Below are positions 12,505 to 25,755 of a stretch of DNA of 64,000 nt, piece by piece. The notes beneath the pieces were generated by a model. That model saw only the letters and a list, made by a program, of their open reading frames with translations, searched no databases and was not told the DNA's origin. Made by a program: the position numbers and the translations under genes. This DNA comes from Camelus ferus (taxonomy: Eukaryota), in NCBI RefSeq assembly GCF_009834535.1, contig NC_045697.1, positions 98,706,001-98,770,000 on the forward strand, in the 5' to 3' direction. Positions within the stretch are counted from its first letter, which is position 1, and the number at the start of each line of letters is the position of its first letter.

Positions 12505-15279
12505 TGTTAATATCTAAAACTTTTCTCTAATAATGCTTTCTAACTAAATTACAGTGTAATTATAATTCAAACAATCCTAGAATCAAAACTAAATAAACTT
12601 AAGATCCACATTTTATCTTTTTAGAAAACCAGTGACTAGGCTAAACTCAAGAAAACAGACAATTGGAAAAAAACACTTCTTAAAAAAAACTTTCTAGGAA
12701 AAAGTCTACATTAGAAGCAGAAATAACAGAAGTGGGGGGAAAAAAAAGACTTGAAGATGTTCAGTCAGTAGGAACTTCCAAGGAAGTGGAGGCCTGAAAT
12801 AGCCCCAGAGCTTTATCTATAAAAAGAACCAAATATTAGGAACATGGCAGGGGATTAACTTAGATAGCAAATTATTTAGGAGGAAAAATACTTATTGTGA
12901 TCTTTCTCCCTCCATAAGGAGGAATCATTGTCACCCTTCAAACAAAAATATGGTATAGGTAGTTGAAATAATGTAATTAAATGTAAATTGTAAACATTCT
13001 TAATAAATTAAAGACCCACCTACCAGCATTGTCTTCCTTCAGGCTCAATCTGTTTCACCTTCAGGTAATCCTAGGATAGGGGCTCCTTTTCAGATCCCCA
13101 GTTTTTCATGTCGATCTTCTACCTCCCTGTGGCAACAATATTTTCTAATTAAAAGAGTCCTTTTGTGCCACAGGGAGGATTTCTGATGGTATAACAAATA
13201 CAAAAGTTATCACAACTCATCATGAAGTCAACTTAGTCTTGAGATTCTTCCAGAAAGAAATTTTGGCTCCTTATTTTATTTTTCAAGAGAAATCTGGTTT
13301 TTATTTTTTTTAACTGCATTTCAAAAACCTTAACTTTCATTTATTTAAAAAAAGCACTACTTTCTTGTTGGAATTATATACAAATTCTTATCATTCATCT
13401 ATCTTTGCAACTAATCCTATACACAATTTTGTTGATCATGAATAAAAGATTTCTAAGTTCTCTTGTCAATTATTCTAATTAATAAGACCAACTTTTTATG
13501 TTTTGATATATGGTTAAAAACTAAAGTCCTGCTCCCTATGATCAGAAGAGAGAAGTAGGAAGCTACCAGATCCCTTTCAGCCAATGTATGTTAGTAAAAA
13601 TTAGTAAGGCTACTTGCATTGCATAATATGATGTTAATTATGCTTAAAAAATACATTTAAAAAGACCAGCAGGAAATTTAGAAAAGCAGTAGTTACTGTT
13701 CTCTCTCTGGTAAGATTACGCGTGATCTTCACTGTTTGTTTATTCTTTGCAATACTCAGTTTTTCCAGTGAGCATGTATTGCTTTTATTGTAAGAAAATA
13801 AACTCAAATTTACATATAAGCAAAAATGATTAAAACTTACTTTCATTTTAAGATGAAGTCAATCTAAGTATGACATTATAGCTTTGATATATTTTATACA
13901 ACCATATTTATCTTTTTTGGATGACCAACTTTCTATATTTTAAATAACCCTAAAGTATTCAATATTTCATATATAAACAAAAAAGGAAACATAATTTAAG
14001 TTTTTATAAAGATAGTTCTTCATTATACTGCAATTCTAAGTCAGAACTCAAATTGTTTCAGTCTGCATTTCCTACCAGCTATGTGTTAAATACTGTATTA
14101 TATACTATATTCAACAAAATAAAATTGTAGTCTCTGTCTTCCAGGGACTTATATGCTCACTTTGAAAACAAAAGGAGTATACACACAAGGACAGTAAAAG
14201 AAAGAAAATGATCAAGTGCCTAAATCCAGATGGTCTAACAGAAATCAGGAAAGGGAATGTTTAATGTAGGCTACAGTTACTGTGGACAGTATCATGTAGT
14301 TGGGCCTCAAAGAATGAACAATACTTGAAGATATTCTTGACAGAAAACTATACCTGAGCAAAATCTCGGAAGCATAAATAGCACAGCCATGCAAGGGACA
14401 GTCAGGAAAACAGCTAGAATACAGTGTTTCTGTAGATAAAGCCAGATTAGGAAGGCTCTACTTCTAGATTTCTGGATTAATCTGCAGGTCACTGAATTTG
14501 GCAGAGGAGTGGCCTTTGAAATCTGATAAATAAAGCTTCAGGACAATGATAAATGTAGATGCCAGAGCACAGTAAATTAAGGAAGGAATGAGGAGGAAAA
14601 GTACAGACAGGAGGTATAAAACATCTCCTTTTTAAAAGTCAAAGTGAAAGAAAGAGAAAAATACAATAGAAATAAACAAATTTTCCGTTTTGATGTATAA
14701 GACCTCCACATGTGAAGGCACAAGAAAGGTCTTAATGAAATTAAGGGAACACTTAAAGGGCATTTACATCACAAGCACTGTGTTTATAGGTTTATTTTAT
14801 ATAATTCTCACAACCCTGAATTCCTATTTTATGACAGTGAGTTAGACTCCGGAAAGGTTAAATACTGCCAAGTAAATGATAAAGCAAAAGTCTGAAACTA
14901 GGACTAACTAACCCAATCAATATTCTTCCCTTTCCTACTAAAGAGAGCTACTTAAAAGGCTTTTTTTTTTTTAAAAAAAGCTCAGGAATAGTCATCCAGG
15001 ATTTTTCTATCATATTTGACTACTCTTCTTCCCGTTCTTCAAGATGTAAACATTCTCTAAAGTTCCCTCTGTTCTCGATCATAGAGAAACAAATACAGAA
15101 TTTAAAAATCTTCCCCCTTAGGGAAATCTCTCAAATACCTTTCCCCTTGGAGCTTTCATTATTTCCATGGCTTCAATGAGGATGATTCCCAAATCCATCT
15201 CTCCTTGACTTTTCTGTACTAAGCTTCAGTTGTACTAATATTTCATTTCTCTCTCCATATCTATCCTCACCCTTCTTTA

Positions 15280-15581
15280 CTCTCTGTCCCAGGAGGATGA
15301 CTCCCCTGGCTCCCCCTCTGTGGCACTGCCTTCAAACCAGTTATATCCTTTGATCAAAGGTCCCAGATTCTCCCAGAGCTCTCTCCAGGGCTCTCTGTTC
15401 TTCTGGGTTCCGGTAACCCTTCCCTCTGTTTGGCCCTTGGGCGAAAGGACAGAAACAGCTCTGACATTGCTAGCTCTAGGATACTGCCCTATCACTGTAC
15501 ACTTGCCATTTATTAAAATATTCCTTAAATTATCGTAACTTGAATATGCCCCCTTTTTTGTGATGGGACACTGACCATACA
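15280..15581 (+). mobile_element. LTR33-like ERVL solo LTR fragment
   Basis: 3' end ttgaatatgcccc...gggacactgaccataca resembles the LTR33 terminus; it interrupts L2 sequence. Confidence 0.6.
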
Positions 15582-16635
15582 CTTGTATATCTTTAAATAA
15601 CTAAATTATTTCCCCTTGGATGCTCTGCTTCAACTCACAATTCAACATGCTTATTACCAAACTTATCTGCTTCCAAAAGCAATCCTGTCTTCCTAAACCC
15701 TTATATGATACCATTGCCATCACTTAGAATGAGAAAACTGAGTACTTACCTAACTATGCTTCTCCCCGTAATCTGTCACATCTCATTAGATCTTACATAG
15801 TAGAATTGCTAATACAAGTCCCTTCTGTTCCTATTGCTTCTACCTTGTTTTAATATTTCTCAAGCCATCCCTAACTCATACTGTAACAGCTAGTCTTTCT
15901 GCCTTATCTTTTCCCCTACAATTCACCCTCTACCTACTCAGATGCTAATTACCTAGCACTTTCTACTCAAAACCTCTCAAATCTTTCTGCTTCTTACATA
16001 CTTAATTACTAAACCTTGTGTTGAAACCACAATCACTCACAATTCTTAGTGGAACCTCCTGTTAATGTTTTACTTATTATCTTCTAAACATGTCTTGAAT
16101 TTCTACATTCCACACATTTGTTAATTTTATTTCCCTTAGTCTACATGCCTTTTGCCTACAGCCTGTCTGTCCAAATCCTACCATTTGTCCTCCTTTTCCA
16201 CTTTCTCTAAAACATTCCCTAATCCTGTAAATTGAAATTTCCTCTTCTGAAAACTTCTTTGAATTTGTAAATAGTGCTTAATTGATTCTATACTGCTTTA
16301 TATTTTGACCATAATGCATACATTTTATCTCCACAACTAAATTACTACCTCCTCGAGAGAAAAAAACATGTTGAACACAGTGCCCTTGCACACAACAAAT
16401 GCAAAATATTTATTGATGTATTCTCATAAATTAAGGTGGAAGATTACAATGATAAACATAGTAAGTTAAGGTGCAAGATGAAGAAGCAGATTCTTAACAG
16501 CTCAATCTTCTCAGCCAAGTCTTAAAAGATTTCTAAGAAAACTTTATTAATGAGTGCATTGGTATAAACTCTACTTTTTACATGATAATCTGTAATAACC
16601 TTTTAAAGTTTATATATTCTTTATATATACATGCA

Positions 16636-16639
<4 letters not shown>

Positions 16640-16714
<75 letters not shown>
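16640..16714. repeat. (TA)n microsatellite, about 37 units
   Basis: Uninterrupted TA run seen directly. Confidence 0.97.
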
Positions 16715-16720
<6 letters not shown>

Positions 16721-17433
16721 TTAAAGAGTGGACATAAAAATTGAATTTTGATATCTTAGGGAATCCAAGAGACTCCTCTCCACCCACAACCTACCAGTTT
16801 CCCCAGAGGCCTCGAGAACTGGTAGTATTTCTAGCCTGCCAGAGTCAAGACCACCCTTCATGCATACTTCATCACTATTCCTCAAAGGCTCTTTATGATT
16901 ACTAAACTTCAGTTATCATCAAAAAGCAATTTATAGATTTATAGGTTTAGATGAATATGTCTATTTTTAAAGTTTCAAATGCATTTTGTTTTTCCTATAT
17001 AATGTAAGAGATTTACTATTACATACGAGCTCTGAGAGAGAAATGTAGACTTTTAGTCTATAAAAAGGTGAATTAAAATGACTTATAATTACTGCTAACA
17101 AAATAAGAAATAATTTTATGCACAAAATAATGAAGATAGCTAAATGTACACCATTGTATGATTTCAGTACTCCTGCCTATGGACATATATGTATGGGTAT
17201 ATAGGGATAAAAGAAGAAAAACTTCAATGTAAACATGTGGAGAACTGATATAACAGATCAATAAATATAATTAAGAAATTTTTTAGATGAATATAATTTT
17301 AAATTATAATGTAGGAGCATTCCAGGAAGTGTTTCCTAGATATACAAAAGGAAATCTTATTCTATACAGATCTCATTGCCACCAATTCACCAAATAGAAA
17401 CTGCTATAGCCATCTTTAAAATATTCCTTTTCT

Positions 17434-17576
17434 TGGAATTTGACACAACATTGTAAAATGACTATAACTCAATAAAAAAAAGTTTAAAAATAAAAATGAA
17501 TCAAAAATAAAATAAAATAAAAGTATGTACTAACAACAACAAAAAAAGAAACAAGGCATCAAATAAATAAATAAAT
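17434..17576 (+). mobile_element. Severely 5'-truncated young L1 3' end with a composite tail
   Basis: gaatttgacacaacattgtaaaatgactataactcaataaaa matches the end of the L1 at 44.9-45.2 kb. Flanked by near-identical aaatattccttttct and aaataatccttttct. Confidence 0.75.
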
Positions 17577-20016
17577 AAATAATCCTTTTCTTTACTTCCC
17601 AGTCTGCTTATTCTCCCAAACCTACACATACATGGAAGTTAAAATTTGTATCACCACAACAAATGAACCAGACCCTAATCTAACCTAAAAGGAAACATGC
17701 ATTATAATAAGTCATAATAACCTCTATTCATCTATGTAGGCTTTAGATAACAGGAGAATAAAAATTTATTAAGATCTGAACTCTTTTAAAAATGCATTTT
17801 ATTCTTTAAGTAAAAACAAAATTAAGCTCAGAATAACTGATTCTAAACTTATTTTTATATATTGACTAACAATCCTTACTAAGTTACTATGACCCATAGT
17901 ATTTTAAAATTAATTAGTATCTTATAGTCTCCAAGTTCTTGCATGCTTTATGATGAATAAATGTGAGTTTATTAAATTGTTCTAATTACAGATGTGTCAG
18001 CCAGAAGTTTTCAGTCTGAATTTGGCATTGCCTTTAGAAGAGTTATATATGAATTCTACATTTTACAGTGTTGTTCCATAAAGAGAGATAAGAATAGCTA
18101 CACTATTCTTTATTTTCAGAAGTAATAAAGCAAGCATAGACTTTTTTTCTTTACATTCATGGGCCAGAATGGAATTAAAAATAAAATGTAAGATGAATTT
18201 CTCAGGTGCTTTTAGAGTATTTTAGAATAATGTAAGTTATTTACTAACATTTCCATTCAGTGTTGAAGAAGAAATCTAAAAAATATTATCAAGTATCCAA
18301 AAACCACTTTTAAGATATCCTAAAAGTAACAGTTCTTTTATCCAGACTTTGTATACGCTCTTTTTCAATATTACAGTCACTCATATCTCTGCCCTGCAAA
18401 TGATATCATCATCCTCTGAGTTCAAGAAGACTAAAAAAATAAAGTCCCTTAAGTGGGTTATATACACTTCTTATTTGGAAGTATTTTTACTTGATTAATG
18501 AACCACTGACCATCAAAAACTGTACCACCAATAAGATTCGGCCAACGTGTTCTGGTATTTTAAGGTGAATTTAAATTTCTATGATACAAACTTGGCACTG
18601 TAGTTTTCATTTTTACAAAGTTTTCAATTTGCTACCAAAATCACAGTCTTCCTTTTTTTTTTTGATCAAAACATTTTCCAAAAATTTCAATCAGGTTCTA
18701 TTTTTTTCATTCAAGTATTAAGTTATCATACTTTTTTCTTGTATTATTGGTTTTCTATTTAGTTATGCTCCTATAATAAAATCAGTTACAATATCTACTT
18801 CAAAATATCGTCCTACATAATAGTTTTTTAAGTGTTCTTCCTATTCGTTCCCTCAAGAGGAAAATTATCTCGCCGCTAAACTTGTAGCTTCAGACTGGAA
18901 AACTCTCCAAACTCAAAAAAACACATGTATCTTCCTGCCACTTGCATTATCTACTGTGAATCAAGTACCATTCCAGACTATAGTCACGAAGCCTTTATGA
19001 AGTGTAAAGCTAGCTGTTCTGATGAAAAGAATTGATGACCACTTCACATGGGGTTTGCTGGCACTGTTGTCATCACTGCTCCAAAGAGCAAGGTAACTTC
19101 CAATCCCTCAGCTCAATGAAAAGTAAAACTGGAGAAAGAACAGCTTTAAGCTCAAAAAAGCTAACAGTCCTAGGGAGTGCTACTGGGCCTCAGTAAGCAG
19201 AAAGGCATCAAATACACAGCACTTTTTTTTTTCACAGCACTTTTAATCATGAGACTTTGCTACATTTGTAGAAATGTATCTGAATTATGAAGAATTTTTA
19301 TAAGGACTATAAACCAAGCATAAAAAATTTTTTCCATTAACTGATGAAGATAAATTTTAATGTTTATTATTATAAAACTGCCACCTTCTGGTAAAAAAGC
19401 AAAAACAAAAAAACCCCTCTATTTTCTTTATGGTCAATGGCAAAAATGAAAAGGTTTCTCCAAGAATTACATATACTAATCCCCAATTAAACATACAGGT
19501 ATCTCACCACAGACATAGTGAAATATCAAAATTTCTAAGACAAAAGAGAAGGAGAATCTGATAGACTATTCCAAAGATGCTTTTGACCTAAGAAAAAAGA
19601 AATCATACTGCTCCCCCGATGCTAATCAAAAGAAACTCTTAATCTACTACAGAATGAGATTACTGTATTTCTTGAATTAAAAAAAAAAAATTGTATACTA
19701 GCCTACTGACTTTTACAAGTAGTAACTAGTCAATATTTCCACTTCCAGAAAAACATGACAAAAAGTTTCATTATTATTGGCCTATAATTTTGTCCTTAAG
19801 GTCCATGATATGAGATTCTACTTCAAAGAATTATAATGTAGAACTTCTTATATGTATATGTAAATTCTCTTAAACAAGAGATGTTTCACTGGTTTCCAAG
19901 CTCTACTAAACAGCATTAAAGAGGTTTTTCGGTGTATTATTCATCTAGGTAATAGTAATGTTGACACTTACAAAATGAGAACGTTATAAATAATGAACAT
20001 TTTATGAGATGTCTAC

Positions 20017-20182
20017 CTGTTTCCACATTCTCGGTTTCAACTTCTTGTTCTTCTGCCACATCTTGCATCATATAAGTCTCATCATCATAAACCAGAACCT
20101 GGGCTGCATAGCCCTGCTCTAATCTGGCACTTGGAACTGGCTCCACAATCACTGCTGGATATTCAGAAACCTTTTCACTTTC
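20017..20182 (-). CDS. ELF2: ELF2 second coding exon (166 nt, aa 25-79, acidic N-terminal region)
   Basis: Acceptor ttgctcttatag|GAA at 20183/20182, donor ACAG|GTAGAC at 20017/20016. Translation ESEKVSEYPAVIVEPVPSARLEQGYAAQVLVYDDETYMMQDVAEEQEVETENVET overlaps ORF 19937..20152. Confidence 0.96.
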
Positions 20183-20394
20183 CTATAAGAGCAAATTTAA
20201 AAAACAATCAACCTCTTCATTCACAAATTCTAGATTCACTTATAAATCCTTGAGTTCATATAGTCTCAAGGAGTCCACACGTTTCATGTTTTATAAATAT
20301 GAATGTAAAAACTAAAACAAGGGATGAAAAGGGCTAACTTTAATAATCCTTTCAAGTCTCAAAAAGTGAGACATACATTAAACATTTTAAATAA

Positions 20395-21930
20395 TCAGGG
20401 CTTTAGGATTAAGATGGCAAATTAAAAACATGCATATATTTTCACTCTCATGAAAGCCCACTAAAATGCAATAAAAAAACTTTAGACATAAACTGATAAG
20501 AAGAGATAAGAGCAACAAAAGAGAAGAGATAAGAGCAACAAAATCTTGGAAGACTGAAAGTGGATGGATGAATATTATTAAGTGGTTTAGCAGACCCAGG
20601 AAAGCCAAATCATAGCCTGGCAGCAAAAAAATAAATGAGACACAACACACTTTACACTGGAGAATCCACAGAAGGCAATACCAATTACTTCTGGAAATAG
20701 AGGAGCAGCAGGTGGTGGAGAAAGAAGGGGGAGGGAGGGGATTAAAACAAGGAAGATTCCATTAAAGTTGTTTGAAAAGCACTTTTTATTCCTAGACCTC
20801 CTCCCTCTTCCATGATGCTAGGCAACCGGCCCTTCCCCACCTCAGCAGAAGACTGGAGAGTTACTTTCTGGAGAGAGAAAAACAAGAGCATCTTTGAGGT
20901 ATACAGGCACATTTGCTAATATCAGTACTGTACCAAAAACAGAGTTTCCAATTAACTTTTCAGTCCTTCAATTTTAATCATGAGCAGACAACCGAGTATT
21001 ATCTGGGCATTCTGTCATCCAAGGAAAAGCTGCTGACACAAAGCATATCATATACATGCATACACACATACGTATTTATATTCCTCAAAGAGATAACAGA
21101 AGACATATCTATAAAACAAGAAGAGAATACAATTTAATAAAGAACGTTAAAAAATAAAGAGTTCTTAGAAATTAAAAACACAATAGCTGAAATGAAGAAA
21201 CAGTGGCTTGGAGGATAAAACTGAAGCAGTCTTCCAGGAACCAGAAAAAAAGATACAGGAGAGAAAAGAGGACACTATTCAAAACTAGTACAGGAGGTCC
21301 AATATCAAATAATAGAAGTTCCAGAAAGAGAAAACGGGGGGTTGAGGGGGAGGTTGGAAAGAAATGAAGGAATTCCAGAAAAATTTCCAGACTCAAAGGA
21401 TATGAGCTGCCCATTTAAAAGGACCTACCAAGTGTTCAGTATAAACAAATTAAGGATGAGACCTACACTGAGGCACACCATGGTGAAATGTCACAATACT
21501 GAGCACAAAAAGATTCTATACAATTCTTGAAAGAAAATACAGGTCACAAACAAAGAATCAGAACTCAGACTTCAGTCATCTCAACAGTCATACTGGAAGG
21601 AAGAGGACACTGGGGCCATTTCTTCAAAATTATAAAGGAAAATTATTTCCAACCTGCAATTCTTCATCCAAATCATCTTATCAAAGAAGAATAAAGACAT
21701 TTTCTCAGACATGAAAGATTTCAAAACATTTATCTTCTATGTATCTTTTCTCAAGAAGCAACTGGAGAGTGTATTCCATTTTTTTAAAAAGTATATTTTT
21801 AATAAAGACAACAACTTAGGATACCCAACAAGGGAGAGAGACAATGGTAATCTTAGGAGGAATGGACTGTGAAGAGATTACAAGATGCCAGATGTCCCCT
21901 GGATTTAAAGGGTAACTAGTTCAATTGGAG
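20395..21930 (+). mobile_element. Old L1 (L1ME-type) 5'UTR/ORF1 remnant
   Basis: aagatggc start motif and ORF1-like A-rich motifs (atagaagttccagaaagagaaa, ttcttcaaaattataaaggaaaattatttccaacc). Confidence 0.65.
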
Positions 21931-21933
21931 CAA

Positions 21934-22393
21934 TGTGACCCCTGATACAGCATGAGAAACTGTCATCATCAAGATAACCACTGACATTGTTCCTAAAGGC
22001 AGAATGCCCAGATAAGCCTATTCTAGATATTTACTCATATTTGGCTTGCCTTAATGTACCTACTCACTCCACCTTGCCTTGCTACCTGCTCAGCTAAGAA
22101 CACTCCTTTTCACCTCCCAGATGTGTTCCGCTTTGATCTGTCTTAAGTGTTGGAAGACCGCAAAGAGCTTAGAAACCAAAAATAAAGAACAACACTCTTT
22201 CCACTGTGACCAGATACCTGCTGAACAAACCTGCAATACTAGGTCCATACTGGACACTGCCAGATACCTAACCAAGACAGCCCTGTGTTTCCAAAATAAC
22301 TCATTATATTGCTTACAGATTACTCAAGTAGAAACCCTTGAAGCTCAGTGAAACTGATGCCAGGCTAGTCAGTCTGTTTCCTGGAAGCCTTCA
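21934..22393 (+). mobile_element. Possible solo LTR, family unidentified
   Basis: About 460 bp with TG...CA ends, internal AATAAA and a composition shift inside the L1; no clear TSD. Confidence 0.35.
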
Positions 22394-23399
22394 TCTAACT
22401 ATGGTAGTGCTGCCTTTCCTAATTCAGCTTAGTACAACTATTCATTGTTTCAAAGTAAACAATGTGTTGTTTAGGAATATATCCACAAACAATAAAACTA
22501 TAAAGAAAAGTAAAGGAATGAGAACACGTAAGTCAAGATAATGGCACCTCTGGAGACAGGGGTGGGGATATAAGGTGGGGCACACTTAAGTATTCTCAAA
22601 TACTGGTAATTTCTATTTTTTAACCGGAGTGATAGGTTACACATCCTCTTACTATTCTTAAATTGAAATATATATATATATTTTTTATATACTCTTCATT
22701 TTGTATGAAACATTGCATAACATTTTAAGATAAATTACAGAGATACAGTGAATTTTAAAAAAGAAAGTACATGTTGAATATTAACATTGAATTTGCTATT
22801 CTGTATAAGGCAAAAAATGTGAGTCAAACTTTTTAATGTTAAAAAAAAAATCTTTCCCACAAACTGGATGTGCTGACAATGGACTCTTCATGCTTCTTGA
22901 TCAGCTTTATAACTACAGCCTACAGGCAGCACCACCTAGCTATACAACAGCTGTTAATGAGAAGCATGGGATACAGAAAGAGTGATGAGGTCTCCACTCA
23001 TCAGAAACTCAGAAAGCAACATTATAAGCACCTTTGAACTAGTATTGGTCCAAGCAATGAATATTTTCTTTATATATAACCCAAGAAATTTTTAACTTTT
23101 TATTCTTTTAAAATCTAACAGTATATTTAATAATAACATTAATCTGAGATTATTTTTTATTGTGAATTCCCCACTCCCACTGTACCAGTAGGAAATAAAT
23201 CTAATTTGCTGAACTATGAAATACTTGATGACTAGAATTCTGTATAAGGCCAATTCCTTTATCTATACTCTCCTCCCCACCAACAAGGATTCTCCTCCCA
23301 ACTCTTCTATCTCATACATCTTAGGTGGGTTTCATCCTATTTTAATATTTCTGTAGTTCCTTGCCTTTAACCATAAAAAAGCAAAACTTTTTTATTAAA

Positions 23400-24150
23400 A
23401 AAATTCAACTCCTCTTTCTTTCAAATGAACTCTAGATCTTTGCTTCTTAAGCCTCTATACAATTCTCAAAAAGATAATCCAACTCCTTGACTCTCTATCT
23501 ACATATACTTATATTCTAGTCTACCACCTCACTGAAACTATTCTCTCAAAATGTCAATAAGGGTCAAATTCTCTTTCAGTTTTCATACCTTTTGTGCAGA
23601 CTCTAATACACTGACCATCACCTCATTTAAAAAATTCTTTCATCGTTTTTGTTCCCTTTCTACCACTCTGCTTTTAAGCATCTCCTGACTCTTTTTCTAT
23701 TCCCAGTGACTTAAATACAGCCACATTACTAAGGTTCTATGCTCGGCATCTCCTTTCTTTTTACTCTATACTCTCTTCCCAGGCATGTCCACCCATTTTT
23801 ATGGTTTCAAACAACAACTCTAAACTAATTATTACTAAATATTTGTCTTCCACTCTGACTCATGTCCTGAACTCCAGAACCAAATTTTAAACTACCAACC
23901 AAACATCACTACAAGAATATTCAGCCAATACTTCAAACTTAACGTGCCTAAATGGAATAAATTATCAACATCTCTCCCTGTTCCCCCAACCCTTTGTTCT
24001 TCCTTAAACCTCAATTTATTCACACTCAATAAAGAGGTTATAAGAATATTCATACTTCACAAAGGCCCTTAAAAATCAAATATCACAAAGTACTTAGCAC
24101 AGTGTCTAGCACAGAAGTACTCAATTAGTGATATCTATCATTATATTGTA
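23400..24150 (+). mobile_element. L2 fragment followed by a MIR fragment
   Basis: Pyrimidine-rich L2 body (tcctgaactccagaacc, ttcaaacttaacgtgcctaaa) and MIR end (aagtacttagcacagtgtctagcacagaagtactcaat). Confidence 0.6.
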
Positions 24151-24340
24151 ACAGTCACAGTATTCAAACCTACTACTTGCTCCCAACTTTGGAGGACATT
24201 TTTTCACACTACAATCAGAATTATTTATATTACTTCTCTGTACAAAAAGCTTTCACGAGTCCCCTTTTGTCTAAAAGGAAAGGTGAACATACTTAAGTGT
24301 TTTTTTTTAGCACTCTGTGAAATATAACTCTCAACCTAGC

Positions 24341-24765
24341 TGTTAAGGGTTGAATTGTGTCCTTCAAAAGATGTTGAAATCCTGACCTCCAAAATCTGTG
24401 AATCTGAGCTGATATGGAAATAGAGCCTTTGCAGATGATCCAGTTAAAATGAGATCATTAGGATGAGCCCTAATCCAATATGACCGTGTCTTTATAAAAA
24501 GGGGAAATCTGGACACAGAAAGACACATACAGTGGGAAGATACTGTAAAGACACAGGGAGAACAACATCCACAAGCCAAAGAACACCTGAAACTACCAAA
24601 AGCTAGGAGAGAAGCATGGAAGAGATTCTCTCCCCCAGCTCTCAGAACCAACCCTGTCAAAGCTTGATTTCAAACTTCTAGTCTCCAGAACTGATACAGT
24701 AAACATCTACTGTTTAAGCCATCAGTTTATGGTACTTTATTACAGCAGCCCCAATAAACTAATAT
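24341..24765 (+). mobile_element. MLT1B/C-like MaLR solo LTR
   Basis: tgttaagggttgaattgtgtcc...gccctaatccaatatgac...gtttatggtactttattacagcagccc...aaactaatata. Confidence 0.85.
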
Positions 24766-25572
24766 ACCACTTTTGTAGCCTTTTTTCCTACATTACATCT
24801 CTCAGCTGTCTGATTATTTGCTTTGCTCCTATTTCTCAAAAGTAAAAGCTTCCCTGACTTTTGCTTGTGTTCATTTTGTAGCCTGAAATTACCTTCCATT
24901 GCTTGTACAAATCTTTTTCACTCACTAAGGGCCAAGTTCCAGGAGTCTTCTATAATCCCCCAATCTGAGTCAATTTTCCCATCCCAAGTACTTCTAGAAC
25001 AAGTTGTTTGACTATAATTACCACTGTGCATTATCCTGTATTATAATTACCTGTTTACATAGCCAACTCCTTGACAAGACAGTAAGATGATTGGGAGCAA
25101 GAGTCCACATCTTAGTCAATTTTTATATCCTCCTCAACAACATGCACTTCATATAAACTGAATTGGCATTTAAGTATTTGTAGCTTGGTTCAAAGAATGA
25201 TAAAGCTTAATGAATTTTAATATTAACATACATTCATAAATTCAACATTTGCTAATCGATGATGGCAAGTAACTTCATGAGTTTTTTTCCTGTCAAATGA
25301 TAGGGACCAGAGGCTACTGCATACAGATAGGCAGATAATTACTGCTTTGTGCTGTACAGAGGAGTTAGCTATTTTTACTGGAGAAAGGGTGGAAAATAAA
25401 AGAATTAGGAGTCTTTGTTTTATAATAATATAGTAAAAACTTACACAACTTCTAGGTCATTTTATTCAGGATCACTATACTCTTGCTCAAGTCTTCAAAA
25501 TATGCAGTAATTAAAATGCATGAAATCTAGATTCAGCAGGTCTTGGTACAACCTACCTAGTTCTCCATAAGA

Positions 25573-25755
25573 GAAGGTTGTCACACTTAGCAAATAAAAA
25601 CACAAGATACCCAGTTAAATTTAAATTTCAGATAAATAATAAATAATAAGTATAAGAATGCCCATGCAATATTTGGGACATACTTAGAAAGTTATTTGTT
25701 GTTTATTTGAAATTCAAATTTAACTGGACAGCCTATATTTTATCTGGCAATCCTA
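25573..25755. mobile_element. MER53 palindromic hAT MITE
   Basis: Long internal inverted repeat (ccagttaaatttaaatttcagataaa and tttatttgaaattcaaatttaactgg); 8-bp TSD ccataaga/ccataagc. Confidence 0.88.

Noticed and set aside
16578..16787. ORF with a YIYIYI repeat
   Set aside because: Translation of the (TA)n microsatellite.
19019..19080. Repeated TGATGA motifs suggesting a C/D-box snoRNA
   Set aside because: They lie on the strand antisense to the host gene, with no well-placed CTGA D box or terminal stem.
19937..20016. C-terminal extension of ORF 19937..20152 (GRHLIKCSLF...)
   Set aside because: Read-through past the exon 4 donor into the intron.
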